Counted from the first letter of the stretch, positions 1 through 14,696 are shown. The stretch is DNA of 64,000 nucleotides from Eledone cirrhosa (GCA_964016885.1 OZ024743.1:363692001-363756000), one strand, 5' to 3'. A program made the numbers and translations. The notes: generated by a model not told the origin, from the sequence alone.

Positions 1-128
1 AATTTAGCACATAAATTATGTAATATTCATTCATTATTTATTCAAAGTAATCCAACTTATTTTACAAACGGGGTAAAAAAATATATTCTGGACGCAATCC
101 CGCAGACCTTCCTTTATTATAGTTAAGA
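1..128 (-). mobile_element. 5' end of a non-autonomous Helitron, same family as 3850-4333, running off the window
   Basis: The reverse complement begins A|TCTTAACTATAATAAAG and aligns over ~125 nt with 3850-3978. Confidence 0.55.
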
Positions 129-192
129 TTTATGTTGGGACAATTACATTTTGAATTTTAAATTTCCTCAATGTTTCATAAGTCAACGCCTT

Positions 193-671
<479 letters not shown>

Positions 672-701
672 AGATCAAAAGATGGTTAAAGGAGTTCCAT
701 G

Positions 702-772
702 TATTTTATTATGCGCATTTCAAAAACAAACATCATCAAGCAATAATATTTGTGTTTTCATCAGATAAAACA
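702..772 (-). ncRNA. Type I hammerhead ribozyme (inverted copy of 2619-2689)
   Basis: Reverse complement of the 2619-2689 motif. Confidence 0.8.
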
Positions 773-1338
773 GGAGAACATGATATGAAGGCTAAAAAAC
801 ACTTGTGGATAGTGCAGTCTTAAATCAACATATGAAAAGTGGTTTTAGATTGATGAAAATATATTTGGAAAAAAAAAAATATATATATATATATTTTATT
901 TAGAGAGGGGGGGGGAAGGATGAAAAGGGAAGGAGATGAGAGGGAGAGATGGGTGATAGAGAGAAAGAGATAGTTTTTATAACTGAGAGGAGATATATTT
1001 TTTACATAGAGGGGTTGAAAACCGTTGGAAGATACTGTATAAATTAAAAATTTTGAAAATTAACGAAGGGAGGATATGTGCGAGGAAAAAATATGAAAAA
1101 AAGGGGGAGGAGATGAGAGTGAAGGTGGAGAGGGAGAGATGGGTGATAGAGAGAAAGAGATAGTTTTTATAACTGAGAAAAAGATATATTGTTTTAATAT
1201 AGAGAGGTTGGGAACCGTTGGAAGATAATGTATAAATTATATTTAATGTTTTTGTCTTTTAAGGACCATATGAGTTCTGAGAGAGCAGTGTTAGTTCGTT
1301 TAAGTTTGTATTTGAAAGATGAATGATGATTAAAAGAA

Positions 1339-1596
1339 CTTAAAAGAACTAACACTGCTCTCTCAGAACTCATATGGTCCTTAAAAGACAAAAACATTAA
1401 ATATACCATCTTTTGGAAGAAGATTTCTTCTGCATCCTCATACTTGAACAGCTCTCTATCTAAAATCTGTAATCTCCGCCTAAATGAAAAATTTACCATT
1501 ATCTCTAACCTAGATTCTATAATAAATAGACGCTCAGATTTGTTTTCTATCTGCCTGCATAAATTCCATAGAACTTTTCACAAAGTATACAGTTAA
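1339..1596 (+). pseudogene. C-terminus of a PLE GIY-YIG endonuclease (possibly Hydra-type clade)
   Basis: Manual translation: LKRTNTALSELIWSLKDKNIKYTIFWKKI...ICNLRLNEKF...INRRSDLFSICLH. The inverted copy adds NHHSSF upstream. This matches the T-LS--IW-LK...CxxC--EK...N-RS----C-H pattern of invertebrate PLEs. Confidence 0.75.
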
Positions 1597-2618
1597 TATT
1601 CAATTCTTTATCAATTTAGAATCTTTTCTCAAAGGCACATATACATACACCTCTTTAAAATATACCCATCTACCTTACTTTAAAGGGCATTATACACTCT
1701 ATAATACTCGTTTACTTATTACCCTCATTCTATCTTCTCGTAAAATAATAACATTTGTTTTTGACATTTTGAATATTCATCCGCAATCATTATTATTTTT
1801 TCTCTCTATCATAAATCTTTTTAATCTCAATTTCATCCTTAATTTATTATTATTTTTTCTCCCCATCAACGAACTCATTATTAATACATATTAACTCTTT
1901 ATTCGCACATATTATCAATTCAATATACAAACTTTAACTTCACATTATTTTTCTCAAATCCTTCTACACACAAACCTTAACAATTTTTCTCTTCGCTAAT
2001 TTTGAAATTGCCACAATACATACATTTCTTCTTTTGACGTTAGAATATTCACCCACAATTATTTTTTTTTTTTCTCTCTATCTTCATACATAATTTCCCT
2101 TCGTTAATTTTCAAATTCCTTTAATTTATACATTATCTTCCAACGGTTCCCAACCTCTCTATATTAAAACAATATATCTTTTTCTCAGTTATAAAAACTA
2201 TCTCTTTCTCTCTATCACCCATCTCTCCCTCTCCACCTTCACTCTCATCTCCTCCCCCTTTTTTTCATCCTTTCCACCCCCACCCCCTCCCTAAATAAAA
2301 TATTTTTTCCTCGCACATATCCTCCCTTCGTTAATTTTCAAAATTTTTAATTTATACAGTATCTTCCAACGGTTTTCAACCCCTCTATGTAAAAAATATA
2401 TCTCCTCTCAGTTATAAAAACTATCTCTTTCTCTCTATCACCCATCTCTCCCTCTCATCTCCTTCCCTTTTCATCCCGCCCCCCCCCCCCCCTCTCTAAA
2501 TAAAATTTTTTTTTTTTTTTTTTCCCAATATCACACATCAATCTAAAACCACTTTTCATATGTTGATTTAAGACTGCACTATCCACAAGTGTTTTTTAGC
2601 CTTCATATCATGTTCTCC

Positions 2619-2689
2619 TGTTTTATCTGATGAAAACACAAATATTATTGCTTGATGATGTTTGTTTTTGAAATGCGCATAATAAAATA
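2619..2689 (+). ncRNA. Type I hammerhead ribozyme
   Basis: tgttttat-CTGATGA-16-bp stem II-GAAA-t-gcgc-a-t-a^ataaaata. Stem I is 8 bp, stem III is minimal with palindromic loop GCGC, and cleavage is predicted after 2681. Confidence 0.85.
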
Positions 2690-2810
2690 CATGGAACTCC
2701 TTTAACCATCTTTTGATCTTATATTATGCATACTCCAGTCCCACAAACTGTAGAGTGCTTCTTATCCGATATCTGCATTGCTTTATTGTACTACAATAAA
2801 ACTCACCTCC

Positions 2811-2949
<139 letters not shown>

Positions 2950-2992
2950 TGTGTGTGTATTATCCATGTATCTATATATATGTATGTATGCA

Positions 2993-3058
<66 letters not shown>

Positions 3059-3065
<7 letters not shown>

Positions 3066-3270
3066 GTGAGGTTTTGTTTACAAACAAACCGAGCATTATA
3101 ATAAATGTTCGGTAAATCCATACGAACATATATATATATGTGTGCATGTATGTATATATATACATACTACTGTACGTCTGTATACATATATGTATGTACG
3201 TGTACATACTTATATTTAAGTAACAGCCGTACTAAGAGTGAGAAATGAAATTTCGTTTCAATTTTTCCAT
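3059..3270 (+). repeat. Unclassified TA-embedded interspersed repeat (TTAGAAAGTGAG... family)
   Basis: Related pieces at 28140-28480(-), 29715-30062, 41933-42135, 43120-43330, 48214-48790 and 56892-57070. Confidence 0.7.
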
Positions 3271-3321
3271 ATATATATATATACACATATCTATGTATGT
3301 GTGTATATATTTATATACCTA

Positions 3322-3612
3322 ACTATACGGCACAATTATTTCACCTCAATTGGCCCCGCTCTCTTTAACATTACACCAAACACATTAAAACAGAATCAGA
3401 CCCCATAAAGTTCAAGAAGTCTTTGGACGAATTCCTTCAAGAAATCCAGGATAAACCTCCTACATCCGGATATGTCTCCGTAAACAATAATTGTCTGCTT
3501 GAGTGAGCCACGGTGTCCAAATCCTGATTTGAAAGACTTCGCCAGGTAGTGCTATTATGTTACATATGGCCTGGGCCAATACTGGCCGAAACCTATTAAA
3601 CTTATCAATGTT
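3322..3612 (+). mobile_element. CR1-like LINE 3' fragment
   Basis: Frameshifted translation RHNYFTSIGPALFN...KFKKSLDEFLQEIQDKPPTSGYVSVNNNCLLE, typical of a CR1-group ORF2 C-terminus, followed by a short UTR. Confidence 0.65.
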
Positions 3613-3849
3613 TAAAGTTATATATATATACATACATACTTACACACACATACACATATATGTATATATAGTCTTCGGTGCCGAGAGCGGGGAGACCATA
3701 AATAAGGGTAGTACTCTATGTATGAGAAAAATCAGAGAGAGAGAGAGAGAGAGTGAGTGAGTGACAGGCAGACAGAGAGAGCGAGAGAGAGGAAGATAGA
3801 GAGGGAAGAGAGAGCGGGGAGAGAGAGAGAGAATGACAGATAAACCTTA

Positions 3850-4333
3850 TCTAAACTATAATAAAGTAAGGAGCGCGGGACTGCGCATGGTTTATAATAT
3901 TTTATCCCGTTTGTAAAATAAGTTGGATTACTTTGAATAAATAATGAATGAATATTACAGAATATATCTACTAAATTTCGTGGCTGTTGATTAAATATAT
4001 TTTGTTTATTTAAAGATTCACTTCTTTAAAATTTCTGAAATGTCAACACTTCCGGTTGGCCATCGCTTAAATAAACAGATTCATTTTCTGTCACTAATTT
4101 TCTCCTAATGTAGTTTATATATAATATCGTCTTTTTTAATGAATCATGGATTACGTTACTGATTAAATAACACAGTGTAGCGCAGTCTTCGTTCAATTTC
4201 TATGTATTATATATTGTCAATTACGATTTTATTTGATGTATCATATCTACATGTATATATACCTGCGTATAATATCAATATACACACTACACATGCTAGC
4301 AGAAAACCACCCGAAGGGTGGTTTTTATGCTAG
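3850..4333 (+). mobile_element. Non-autonomous Helitron
   Basis: 5' end A|TCTAAACTATAATAAAG. 10-bp hairpin AAAACCACCC-gaa-GGGTGGTTTT (4303-4325), then CTAG|T. Inserted at an AT dinucleotide with no TSD. Confidence 0.7.
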
Positions 4334-4399
4334 TCCTTATAATGAAAGAAAAGTTTATAGTATTGTTTGTGAAAGTGAAATCGAGTGACATCCGAACGT

Positions 4400-5770
4400 G
4401 TATACTCCACTTCCAACTAACTTACTCTCAGTCCTTGAGTCTCAGCAGCCGAGATAGAGAATGTATTACCCATGATGACGGCAAAGGAGACTTACTGGAA
4501 CGCCACTCCATCTCATGGGTCTCGCACCTGCGGGCAGCTAACTCCGCTCCGATACAGTGAGTAGGGATGTGGTCCGGAAGTCTCCACTGCTACAGGTTTT
4601 ACCACAAACCTATCAGAGAGTGTCCGATACATAAACAGTTTGCCCTCTTCGGCCTGGCGGGCAGGAGAGTCTGGGCTGGTAGCCGAACGTACCATGTTGC
4701 CACTAGGGAAGATGTCACAGCATGTAGTATCCCAGATGAAGGGCCTAGCTCAGTGTAGATTGTCATGCTGTCAGGCCTTTTGCCGTCTCATCAGTCCAGC
4801 CCCGCTGGCTCGAGCTGGGAAGAGAAGCCCACGCCACCCAGTCCATACTGCGAGCAGAATGGTGTGGGAGGCAGCCAGCTCTGTAACGGCATGACAGTGG
4901 GTGGAGACCGAAAGGATCCACAATGGTACTGCAGTGGCATTTGTGAGGCTCAAAAAGCAGAGATCGGGCCTCAGCGAAACACCGATGTGCAAGCAGATGC
5001 TGTCTAGTTGAGTGCCACTCGCAAGTTATGGGAGTGTGTGGATCCAGACATCACTGTGGGGCTAGGAGGCCGACCGCAAACATGCCATACGGTGCTGGTC
5101 GAGCCGGCGTACCGCCTGTTTGAAATCATGTTGCAAAGAATGGCGTCTCATTTGTTTCGTAGGGCCTGGACCACTATAGAGGGGAGATGACGGAGAGGGA
5201 TGAACGTTCACAGAATGGAGGATTAGCTGCTTCTATGTCACGTAGGCCGCCTCACGCTCTCCAATCACAGAAGGTGCAGTTGTTTTGTGGAAAATCCTGT
5301 TGATGAGGACATGGTTAGAGATCACCGACGAAAGGAAAGCTGGCAGGGCCAGTGAGAGAGGAGACCGAGGCCACCATATTTGATGGGTAAGATAGCCTAC
5401 TATCATCCGTTGTCGTCAAACCGGACGTTGCATATCTCCTCAGCAGCCTGTCGGATGCAGAGGTCAAGATCTGTGAGGAGATATGCTTGGCTGTAGCAGG
5501 CGGCTCTGCGGAAGGTGTATAAGAGCTTCGGCATGGCGAAGCAATTCCTCAACAGAAAGAGTGCCGAGTGGGTGTCGATCAGGCTCAGTCTACTCGTCAG
5601 GGCTAGCGTATTCTGAAGCTGAGGGGAGAGTTAATGGCAGGCGGGAGGATCCGCGAACAGAGGATAAAGACGTCTTTCTTAGGGTTCACATGCAACTGAT
5701 GGAGTGGTGGTCGCACGTCCAAGATGGAGGTCACGAAGCCCTCTGCGTTAATATCCTTACGTTTACACTT
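4400..5770 (-). mobile_element. Degenerate CRE-clade non-LTR retrotransposon, 3' part (RT thumb to restriction-like endonuclease)
   Basis: Minus frames give LEPAGL..DGKRPD..T...IWDTT..D...AEEGK..Y..L.....PVAVETSG. Homologous to 35360-35900. Confidence 0.8.
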
Positions 5771-5931
5771 TGTCAATGTTGAGATGATAATTCATAATAA
5801 ATATCAATCAAGTAGAAAAACATAGATATATACGCGTGTACGTACGTGTGTGTGCATGTATACGTGTGTTTAAATGTGTATGTATACATACACATACATA
5901 CATAATGCACACTCTCTTGTACACACATACA

Positions 5932-5998
<67 letters not shown>

Positions 5999-6016
5999 TA
6001 CATGTGCATATATATG

Positions 6017-6218
<202 letters not shown>

Positions 6219-6245
6219 CATATAAATATATATATATATATATAA

Positions 6246-6405
<160 letters not shown>

Positions 6406-6415
6406 GGGAGGGAGG

Positions 6416-6922
6416 GAATGCGAAGTTGAAGATGTCAGGGTCCTTTATTAATTAACCGTTATACATATTTCATTAACGATAGATATCGTGATTTCTTCAG
6501 ACAGAGAAAAAATTGATTAAAAGGTAACATTTCCCGTGGTGGTAATGGTTGGGGGGGGGGGGGGGGGTATAAGGTTGGTGGTATTCTTGGTTGTAGTCGA
6601 GTGGTAGCCACCCACACCCCAGTGACTAAGCAGGGTTGTTGGTAGGTCCTGAAAATTAGAAGGGAGCGGGCACTCCAAGCTAAGCACACACTTTTTTTAG
6701 TCCGCTCCCTTCCCCACAAAATTGCTTTTAATCGATTTTTTTTTTCTGTCTGAAGAAATCACGATATCTATCGTCATTGAAATATGCATAAAGGCTCAAT
6801 TAATAAAGGACCCTAATATCTTAAACTTCGCATTTTCCTCTTTATTAATATACTCCACCATCCTTTTTAGGAAGTAATATGACGTTGAGTGCTAGAAGTG
6901 AATTGCATCCTTGTATAGCGAA
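6416..6922 (+). mobile_element. Fold-back PLE-like element with hammerheads and tail
   Basis: Arms 6416-6523 and 6726-6838 are inverted. Hammerheads at 6456-6504(-) and 6746-6795(+): CTGAAGA-stem II-GAAAtatg(t/c)ata. Tail hairpin 6852-6893. Confidence 0.75.
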
Positions 6923-6999
6923 TATATATATATATATATGTGTTGATTTAAAACTGCACTATTCACAAGTGTGTGTTTAACCTTCATATCATGTCTCCC

Positions 7000-7070
7000 T
7001 ATTTTATCTGACGAAAACGCAAATGTTATTGCATGATGATATTTGTTTTTGAAATGCGCATAATAAAATA
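7000..7070 (+). ncRNA. Type I hammerhead, diverged copy of 2619-2689 (element 6940-7105)
   Basis: tattttat-CTGACGA...GAAAtgcgcata^ataaaata. Substitutions relative to the 2619 copy preserve pairing. Confidence 0.85.
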
Positions 7071-7109
7071 CATGGAACTCTTTTAACCATCTTTTGATCT
7101 TATATATTA

Positions 7110-7198
<89 letters not shown>

Positions 7199-7202
<4 letters not shown>

Positions 7203-7389
7203 AACCAGTAAGACCCCGACAACTGAGCTCAAGCCGTTTCGACGGCTAATTCTGTCCAGAATTAGCCGTCGAAACGGCTTGAGCTCAGCTGTCGGGGTCT
7301 TACTGGTTCCTATTACCCACTCTACTACCTCAAGTATTGAGTACTTTGGTGCGTTATGGTCCACCTGGTTCCTTACCACATTTCCTTCG

Positions 7390-7392
<3 letters not shown>
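7199..7392 (+). mobile_element. Near-perfect palindromic PLE-like remnant with tail
   Basis: 56-bp arms around a 2-nt centre (7255-7256). Retains the 3' half of a hammerhead, GAA-ACGGC-ttgagctca-GCTGT-C. Tail hairpin 7319-7345. Relatives at 14694-14895 and 46768-46830. Confidence 0.75.
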
Positions 7393-7430
<38 letters not shown>

Positions 7431-7745
7431 CCTGATGATTTCATACGAACGAAACAATTCTAATATACTATTAAATAGTATATTATAGATATTATGTATA
7501 GAAGTTATTTCTATATATATAATATACTATAATATATATTAAATAATAAAAAATGTAGAAAGCCCAAACGCAAAAAGTAGTTGTAGCCAGAGTCGATTGG
7601 TACAAATAATAACTTAGAGAATCAAGAATAATACCCCTACAGACGGATGAGAGTGTTCAGAAGACGCTACAAAGGATAGAACTTACGGATTTTGATTCTT
7701 TCATGTGCACCTAGCATGGTTAGCAATTTATTATTTCAATATATT

Positions 7746-7802
<57 letters not shown>

Positions 7803-7804
<2 letters not shown>

Positions 7805-7932
7805 CCAGGGTTCAATCAGGGGTAACCACAGAAAGGTACTCAAAACATACCAGAGTATAAATGTTTAATATAGAAATGGCTTCTACAGGACTAAAACTAT
7901 CTCATTTGAAGGAAATCATCAGGAAAGCCCTA

Positions 7933-7935
<3 letters not shown>
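7803..7935 (-). mobile_element. PLE-like end with a degenerate hammerhead
   Basis: Minus strand ggctttc-CTGATGA...GAG-ATAG..CTGT-A^gaagcc. Stem I covaries with the 24995 copy. Confidence 0.65.
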
Positions 7936-7996
<61 letters not shown>

Positions 7997-8091
7997 CACA
8001 CACGTATATATATATAAACATATATTAGATATTTGTTAATAACGAAGGCAATTTATTTTACATATTCATTTCATTGTTTTACGGTAAATCA

Positions 8092-8132
<41 letters not shown>

Positions 8133-8138
<6 letters not shown>

Positions 8139-8512
8139 TAAACGGAATAGAAAATGCTGACAAATTGTTCACAGTTGAAAAATGGTTTAATTAGGAATAA
8201 AAGAGTATTAGTGATTGTATGGGTTAGTATTCAGTTGTGGTTTTAACATAAAAACAGGTAGAATTCCCAAAACTAATCAGATCAGAGCAAACAGCACGGA
8301 CACTCTATCTCAAAATTATTTTTGAAAAGCATTTAGAAATGCGCAACCGGTAAAAACTTAAAAACTTAAAACCACAACTGAATACTAACCCATACAATCA
8401 CTAATACTCTTTTATTCCTAATTAAACCACTTTTCAACTGTGAACAATTTGTCAGCATTTTCTATTCCGTTTACCAATATATAATAACTTGTGTGTTACA
8501 CCTCTATTCTTT

Positions 8513-8518
<6 letters not shown>
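8133..8518 (+). mobile_element. Fold-back element with a ~37-nt tail, no hammerhead seen
   Basis: Arms 8133-8247 and 8367-8480 are nearly identical. Flanked by (TA)n. Confidence 0.65.
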
Positions 8519-8596
<78 letters not shown>

Positions 8597-8604
<8 letters not shown>

Positions 8605-9040
8605 TTCAAAATATTAATAAATGAGAAATATTATCATAACCAAAGTATATATTTTATTATACATATTTCAAAGGTACAATGGTGATTCAGTACGTTTTCA
8701 TCAGATAAAATATATAAGACATTGGTTATACGACATACCCCAAAGGTCTTGAATCTTCAATCCATGTAGTGAATTGAAGATTCAAGACCTTAGGGGTATG
8801 TCGTATAACCAATGTCTTATATATTTTATCTGATGAAAACGTACTGAATCACCATTGTACCTTTGAAATATGTATAATAAAATATATACTTTGGTTATGA
8901 TAATATTTCTCATTTATTAATATTTTGAATAATATTAAATACTCCAGATAAATAACTGTCGAGTGCTTCTAATCTATTATAAAATTGAATTCGTTGAATA
9001 ATCAACAAACCATATAAACCTTTGGTCATATAAACCTGGT
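8597..9040 (+). mobile_element. Fold-back PLE-like element with two hammerheads and tail
   Basis: ~165-bp inverted arms (8597-8761 and 8773-8937), a ~100-nt tail, flanked by (TA)n. Confidence 0.8.
8820..8886 (+). ncRNA. Type I hammerhead (mirror copy at 8648-8714, minus)
   Basis: tatattttat-CTGATGA-aaacgtac..gtaccttt-GAAA-t-atgt-a-t-a^ataaaatata. Stem I is 10 bp. Confidence 0.85.
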
Positions 9041-9118
<78 letters not shown>

Positions 9119-9123
9119 CATAG

Positions 9124-9155
<32 letters not shown>

Positions 9156-9491
9156 CACACACATATATATATGTATATATATGTAGTATAGTTAATATTA
9201 AATGAAGCATTATGAGAATATGTAATGGCTATTTGGAAGCACACACACAGATTTCCTCCAGCTTCGCCGCAATCACTACTTACCCATGATTAAATATATA
9301 TATATATATTATATTATATTATATTATATTATATTATATTATATTATATTATATTATATTATATTATATTATATGTATGTATATATATACATACTTACAT
9401 AGATTCATACAAACATACAAACATACATACATACATACATACATACATACATACATACATACATACATACATACATACATACATACAGACC

Positions 9492-10153
9492 AACAACAAT
9501 GTGGAAGACATCCATGTACATAATATGAAAGAGTACTGGTGGAATGTTCCAGTAAAAACCCCAATAAAATGCAGGCATAACAGACCAGATATTATGATAT
9601 GGGACAGGGAGAAGAAAACATGCACAGAAGTGGAAGTTAGCTGCCCAGCAGGTGCCAATATAATATCAAAGATTAGTGAAAAGGAGAATATTTATGTAGA
9701 ACTAATGATAAATCTGCAGATACTCCACCCTGATTACACCTTCAGATTTATGCCTGTGATTATTGGGGCACTGGGATATGTTAGTAACTGGGATATGTTA
9801 GTAACAAATCTTGAGAAGCTAGGCTTCACAGGAACAGAAAGAACACAACTAGTTAGGAAATTACAAGTACAATCCATTAATGGAACAGTAACAATATGTA
9901 AAACATTCCAAAAATTTTGCATCTAATAATTGCATATACACATGTACAGATGCAAAGCATATACACATGCACACATACAGCCCAAAACATACACATCCAC
10001 ACATACAATAACATCCATATCTACACATGCATGCATACATACATATCTACCTAGTTGATGTTGTGTAAATTCTAATGAGTGAGTCTTGTGTCTATGTTAG
10101 AAACCGACTCTCTCTCTATTGGTAAAACTTTGTGAAATTATAAAACCAGAAGA
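9492..10153 (+). mobile_element. R4/Dong-type LINE, family A, 5'-truncated
   Basis: ORF 9501-9926 has the RLE motif RHNRPDIMIWD...EVSCP...K...Y...PVIIGALG. ~230-nt UTR. Flanked by (CATA)n. Confidence 0.85.
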
Positions 10154-10178
10154 ACATACATATATACATACATACAGC

Positions 10179-10542
10179 GATCAGCTACCCATTTGATGTC
10201 AACGCTGTAAGAAAAATACAAGAGAAGGAGGACATCTACGGACCATTGATGAGGAGTTTGCAGATCCAGTAACCAAGATACACCTTCAGCTTCATACCCA
10301 TCATTATTGGAGTGACAGGTTATATACCAACCAGCTTGGACCAAAGTATAACTGAACTTGGATTTGTGGACAAAGAGCGCAGCTCCCTAATTCATAGACT
10401 ACAAATGGCTGCAATAGCTGGCACCATCAAAATATACAAAACATTCTTGCGATTCAAGGGATAACAATTTCTTTTCTTTATCATTCTTGCCAGCAGGTAG
10501 GCGGCTGGTCAAAAATGTACTCGACATTAAGAGAAAGAGAAA
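10179..10542 (+). mobile_element. R4/Dong-type LINE, family B, degenerate 3' fragment
   Basis: Homologous to 16467-16833; ends in (CATA)n. Confidence 0.85.
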
Positions 10543-10611
10543 CATACATACATACATACATACATACATACATACATACATACATACATACATACATACA
10601 TACATACATAC

Positions 10612-11092
10612 ATACTGGTGGAATACTGGTGGAACCTGAAAATAAAAAACTGCCACCAAATTAAAGCACAACCGGCCTGATATTGTAGTTTGGGACCACA
10701 CATTGAAAACGTGTTCTGTTGTGGAGATCAGCTGCCCCCTTGATGTAAACGTTGTCAGAAAAATACAGGAGAAGGAGGACATCTACGGACCATTGATGAG
10801 GAGTTTACAAATCCAGTATCCAAGATACACCTTTAGCTTCATACCCATCATTATTGGTGCTACGGGTTATATACCAACCCGCTTGGACCAAAGTATGACG
10901 GTACTTGGATTTGCGGACAAAAAGCGCAGCTCCCTAATTCATAGTCTACAAATGGCTGCGATAGCTGGCACCTTCAATATTTGCAAAACATTCTTGCGAT
11001 TCAAGGGATGACAATTTCTTTTCTTTTACAACCTTGCCACCAGGAAGGTGGCCGGTCAAAAAAATATACTCGAAATTAAGAGAAAGAGATAA
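10612..11092 (+). mobile_element. R4/Dong-type LINE, family B, 3' fragment
   Basis: ORF 10703-11011 encodes the RLE C-terminus; (CATA)n on both sides. Confidence 0.85.
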
Positions 11093-11671
11093 CATACATA
11101 CATACATACATACATACATACATACATACATACATACATACATACATGCTTACGTTATACATTAATTGGCACAGTTAAACAAATAGTAAATAGTTATATT
11201 GCCATTTATGTTGCTTATCTCCAGGCCAGGCCCATCTGGAGTTGCAGAACTATGCTGAAAGGTCAAGACACAGGGGCGTTCAATTCTCTCCCATCTTATA
11301 TATATATATTAATATATAATCATTCTTTTATTACTTTTTTTTCTGTTGGTTTTCTACTGCACCCATGCTATTGCATCGTATTGAATATCGATCCCAGTAC
11401 CTATAATTTATATCGATTTTTTAAAACTGCTTGTCATGGATCATAAATAAACAGTGAACGTAAACAAAAACACAGGCACACGTATACATTAAGACTCACA
11501 GTCGCAGAAACACACACACACACACACACACATCTATATATATATATGTATGTGTGTGTATGTGTGCACGTGTACACGTGTGTGTGTGTGTGTGTGTGTG
11601 TATGTATATTTATTATAAATACAGATTAAAGTTTAAGCAAAGAATCGCTGCTTTCACCCTTAACGGTATAT

Positions 11672-11744
<73 letters not shown>

Positions 11745-11751
<7 letters not shown>

Positions 11752-12097
11752 CAGAATATTAATAAATGAAGACATAATCAAAATATATGTTTTATTATAT
11801 ATATTTCGAAGGTACTGTGCCATTTTTTCTGGTTCAATTGAACGAATTGAACCATCAAGACCGTTGAGGTATGTCATACATCAGTTCATGTATTTTATCT
11901 GACGAGGACGTACTAAAAAAACAGCACAGTACGTTCGAAATATATATAATAAAACATATATTTTGATTATGTGAATGTCTTCATTTATTAATATTCTGAA
12001 TAATATTAATAACTCCTGAAAACTTCATTGTAGAGTGCTTTTAATCTATTGTAAAACTATATTCATTGAGTAATCAATGAACCATGTTAATCTTTGG

Positions 12098-12100
<3 letters not shown>
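11745..12100 (+). mobile_element. Fold-back PLE-like element related to 8597-9040
   Basis: Arm 11745-11820 versus 11924-12006. Tail hairpin 12012-12039. Confidence 0.75.
11893..11954 (+). ncRNA. Type I hammerhead
   Basis: ttttat-CTGACGA-ggacgtact..agtacgttc-GAAA-t-atat-a-t-a^ataaaa. Stem II is 9 bp. Confidence 0.85.
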
Positions 12101-12156
<56 letters not shown>

Positions 12157-12204
12157 TAGTAATAATAAATGTGAAGATTAAAATCCGAAGAGGGCTCGAT
12201 GAGG

Positions 12205-12276
<72 letters not shown>

Positions 12277-12324
12277 CCTCATCGAGCCCTCTTCGGATTT
12301 TAATCTTCACATTTATTATTACTA

Positions 12325-12387
<63 letters not shown>

Positions 12388-12392
12388 CTGTG

Positions 12393-12479
<87 letters not shown>

Positions 12480-13177
12480 TGATATATCGCATTCCTGTGA
12501 CAATTAATTTTCACTAGATATTAAAAACATACATGACAAAAAAAGTACATTGCTAGAAACCTCATGTGTTATAAAATTTCACTCACATGGCATTGCTCAA
12601 GCTGTAGTAGAAGACACTTGCTCAAGGTATCGTGCCATGTGCCTCAACACCTTAACCACAGTGCAATATCTGAACCTGTATCAACCATTATATTATCCAA
12701 TGTTTCCTTCTTTTTATATATATATAAGATGGCTGGTTCTATCTGTTATTTCTGGAAGGACGTAGCTGAGTTTTCCACAGACCTTGAACTCTTCAAGTAT
12801 TTCTGAGGCTGAATTAGTGTGACAATGTTTATAATAGTGTACATCCGACGAATTTGTTATCGTCTACCGAACTCTAATCACTATGCTTGCTTGGATCGAA
12901 CCAAGTAGAAACACTTCTACAAATTGACCAACAGTGGGAACGCACCGAGAATCGCAATATGACGAAGTGGTGCTCTTAACCAAACGGCGATGCATCCAGC
13001 TGTAACTTTCACAAACAAACACTTATATATAAATATACACACAGACACAAGCATTCATACATGCACATCTGATCCCAATAAAAGCAAAATATTAGAAATA
13101 TGATGCTGTGCACAATATACTGTTGCAACTGAAGATTAAAAAGAAAACACAAATATGTATACATATGTAACTGTGTA

Positions 13178-13227
<50 letters not shown>

Positions 13228-13280
13228 TACACGTATACAGTCAGTAACAGTGCAGAAGGTAGAATGTTTTTAATGCACTC

Positions 13281-13314
<34 letters not shown>

Positions 13315-13425
13315 GAGAAAGAGAAACCAATACATAGGTTCATACCATCACACTTACACATCTCATTTATGCATACTCACATATATACATACATACATGC
13401 ATACATACATATATTACAAACATAC

Positions 13426-13792
13426 ATGGTGGCTGCCAACTCGTTTTCGAGTACGGCCACTACTTTATATCCATGTAGGAGAACCCCTACTGATGCGCTG
13501 AACGAGTGTGACTTTTTAGTCCAGCCAGCAACTTGAAAACTCTGGTACAAACACTACACTTGTGACAATTATTGACACATAGTGCTGGGCCCATGGTACC
13601 ATGTGATGACAAGTGCAGAGAGATCTCCAGATATAAAGCAATGCCTGTGCCGTGAGGCTTTTATAGTGAGCAAAGGTATTGCACAAAGCCAGTCCCACTC
13701 TCTTAACCAAGATGATATTTACCAAAAAGGAGAACAAGTCAATATCATTGGATACCATCAGGGTTGCAGGTGTTATATCAGAGTTTTCCAAA
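13426..13792 (-). mobile_element. RTE-type LINE 3' fragment (second copy at 18203-18345)
   Basis: C-terminal C2H2 finger CS(V/I)[18 protein letters not shown], followed by a short UTR ending GGCAGCCACCAT plus microsatellite. Confidence 0.65.
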
Positions 13793-13909
13793 CATACATA
13801 CATACATATATACATACATACATACAAACATGCATGCATATATATATATACACCTACATATATATGAGTGTCTATATATATGTGTGTATACGTGTGTGTG
13901 TGTGTGCGT

Positions 13910-14001
<92 letters not shown>

Positions 14002-14004
<3 letters not shown>

Positions 14005-14235
14005 GTTATATTTGGGAATGGTCATGTTGTCAATATTGTCAATAAAAATACACACACAATATGATTTTCAAGCTTTCACATTATTTTTTATCACTAGTAA
14101 TTATAATAAAGATATAAAGATATAGTGAAAAAGTGAAATTTATATCGTGTGTATTGCCAACACTGGCAACATGACCATCACCAAATATTACAATATCGGT
14201 TTCAACACACGATTTAACGTCAAGAATCTTAGAAA
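14002..14235 (+). mobile_element. Old, diverged fold-back element
   Basis: 14002-14075 is inverted relative to 14130-14195; ~40-nt tail. Confidence 0.45.
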
Positions 14236-14250
14236 ACATATACATAAAAC

Positions 14251-14345
<95 letters not shown>

Positions 14346-14477
14346 TTTATATATTTATAATGGTTTGAAGTATTATCTTTGGTTTTCATTCAAATTAAAA
14401 TTATATTCTGATACCATCAACACTGTATATAGCAGTAAATAAAGGATTATGATTTCATGCAATTGACTTATGTTTCG

Positions 14478-14550
<73 letters not shown>

Positions 14551-14613
14551 ATAATAATAAAATTGAAGACTAAAAGCAGCGATTCTTTGCTTAAACTTTA
14601 ATCTGTTATTTTA

Positions 14614-14696
<83 letters not shown>

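Noticed and set aside
7428-7500. CTGATGA-t-ttc-atac-gaa-c-GAAAC as a complete hammerhead; also CCGATGAAG at ~41609
   Set aside because: Stems I and III cannot be completed; these are probably truncated or decayed PLE ends.
8597-8937. MITE/TIR DNA transposon interpretation of the fold-backs
   Set aside because: The one-sided tail, variable inversion points, embedded hammerheads and a linked GIY-YIG remnant fit PLEs better.
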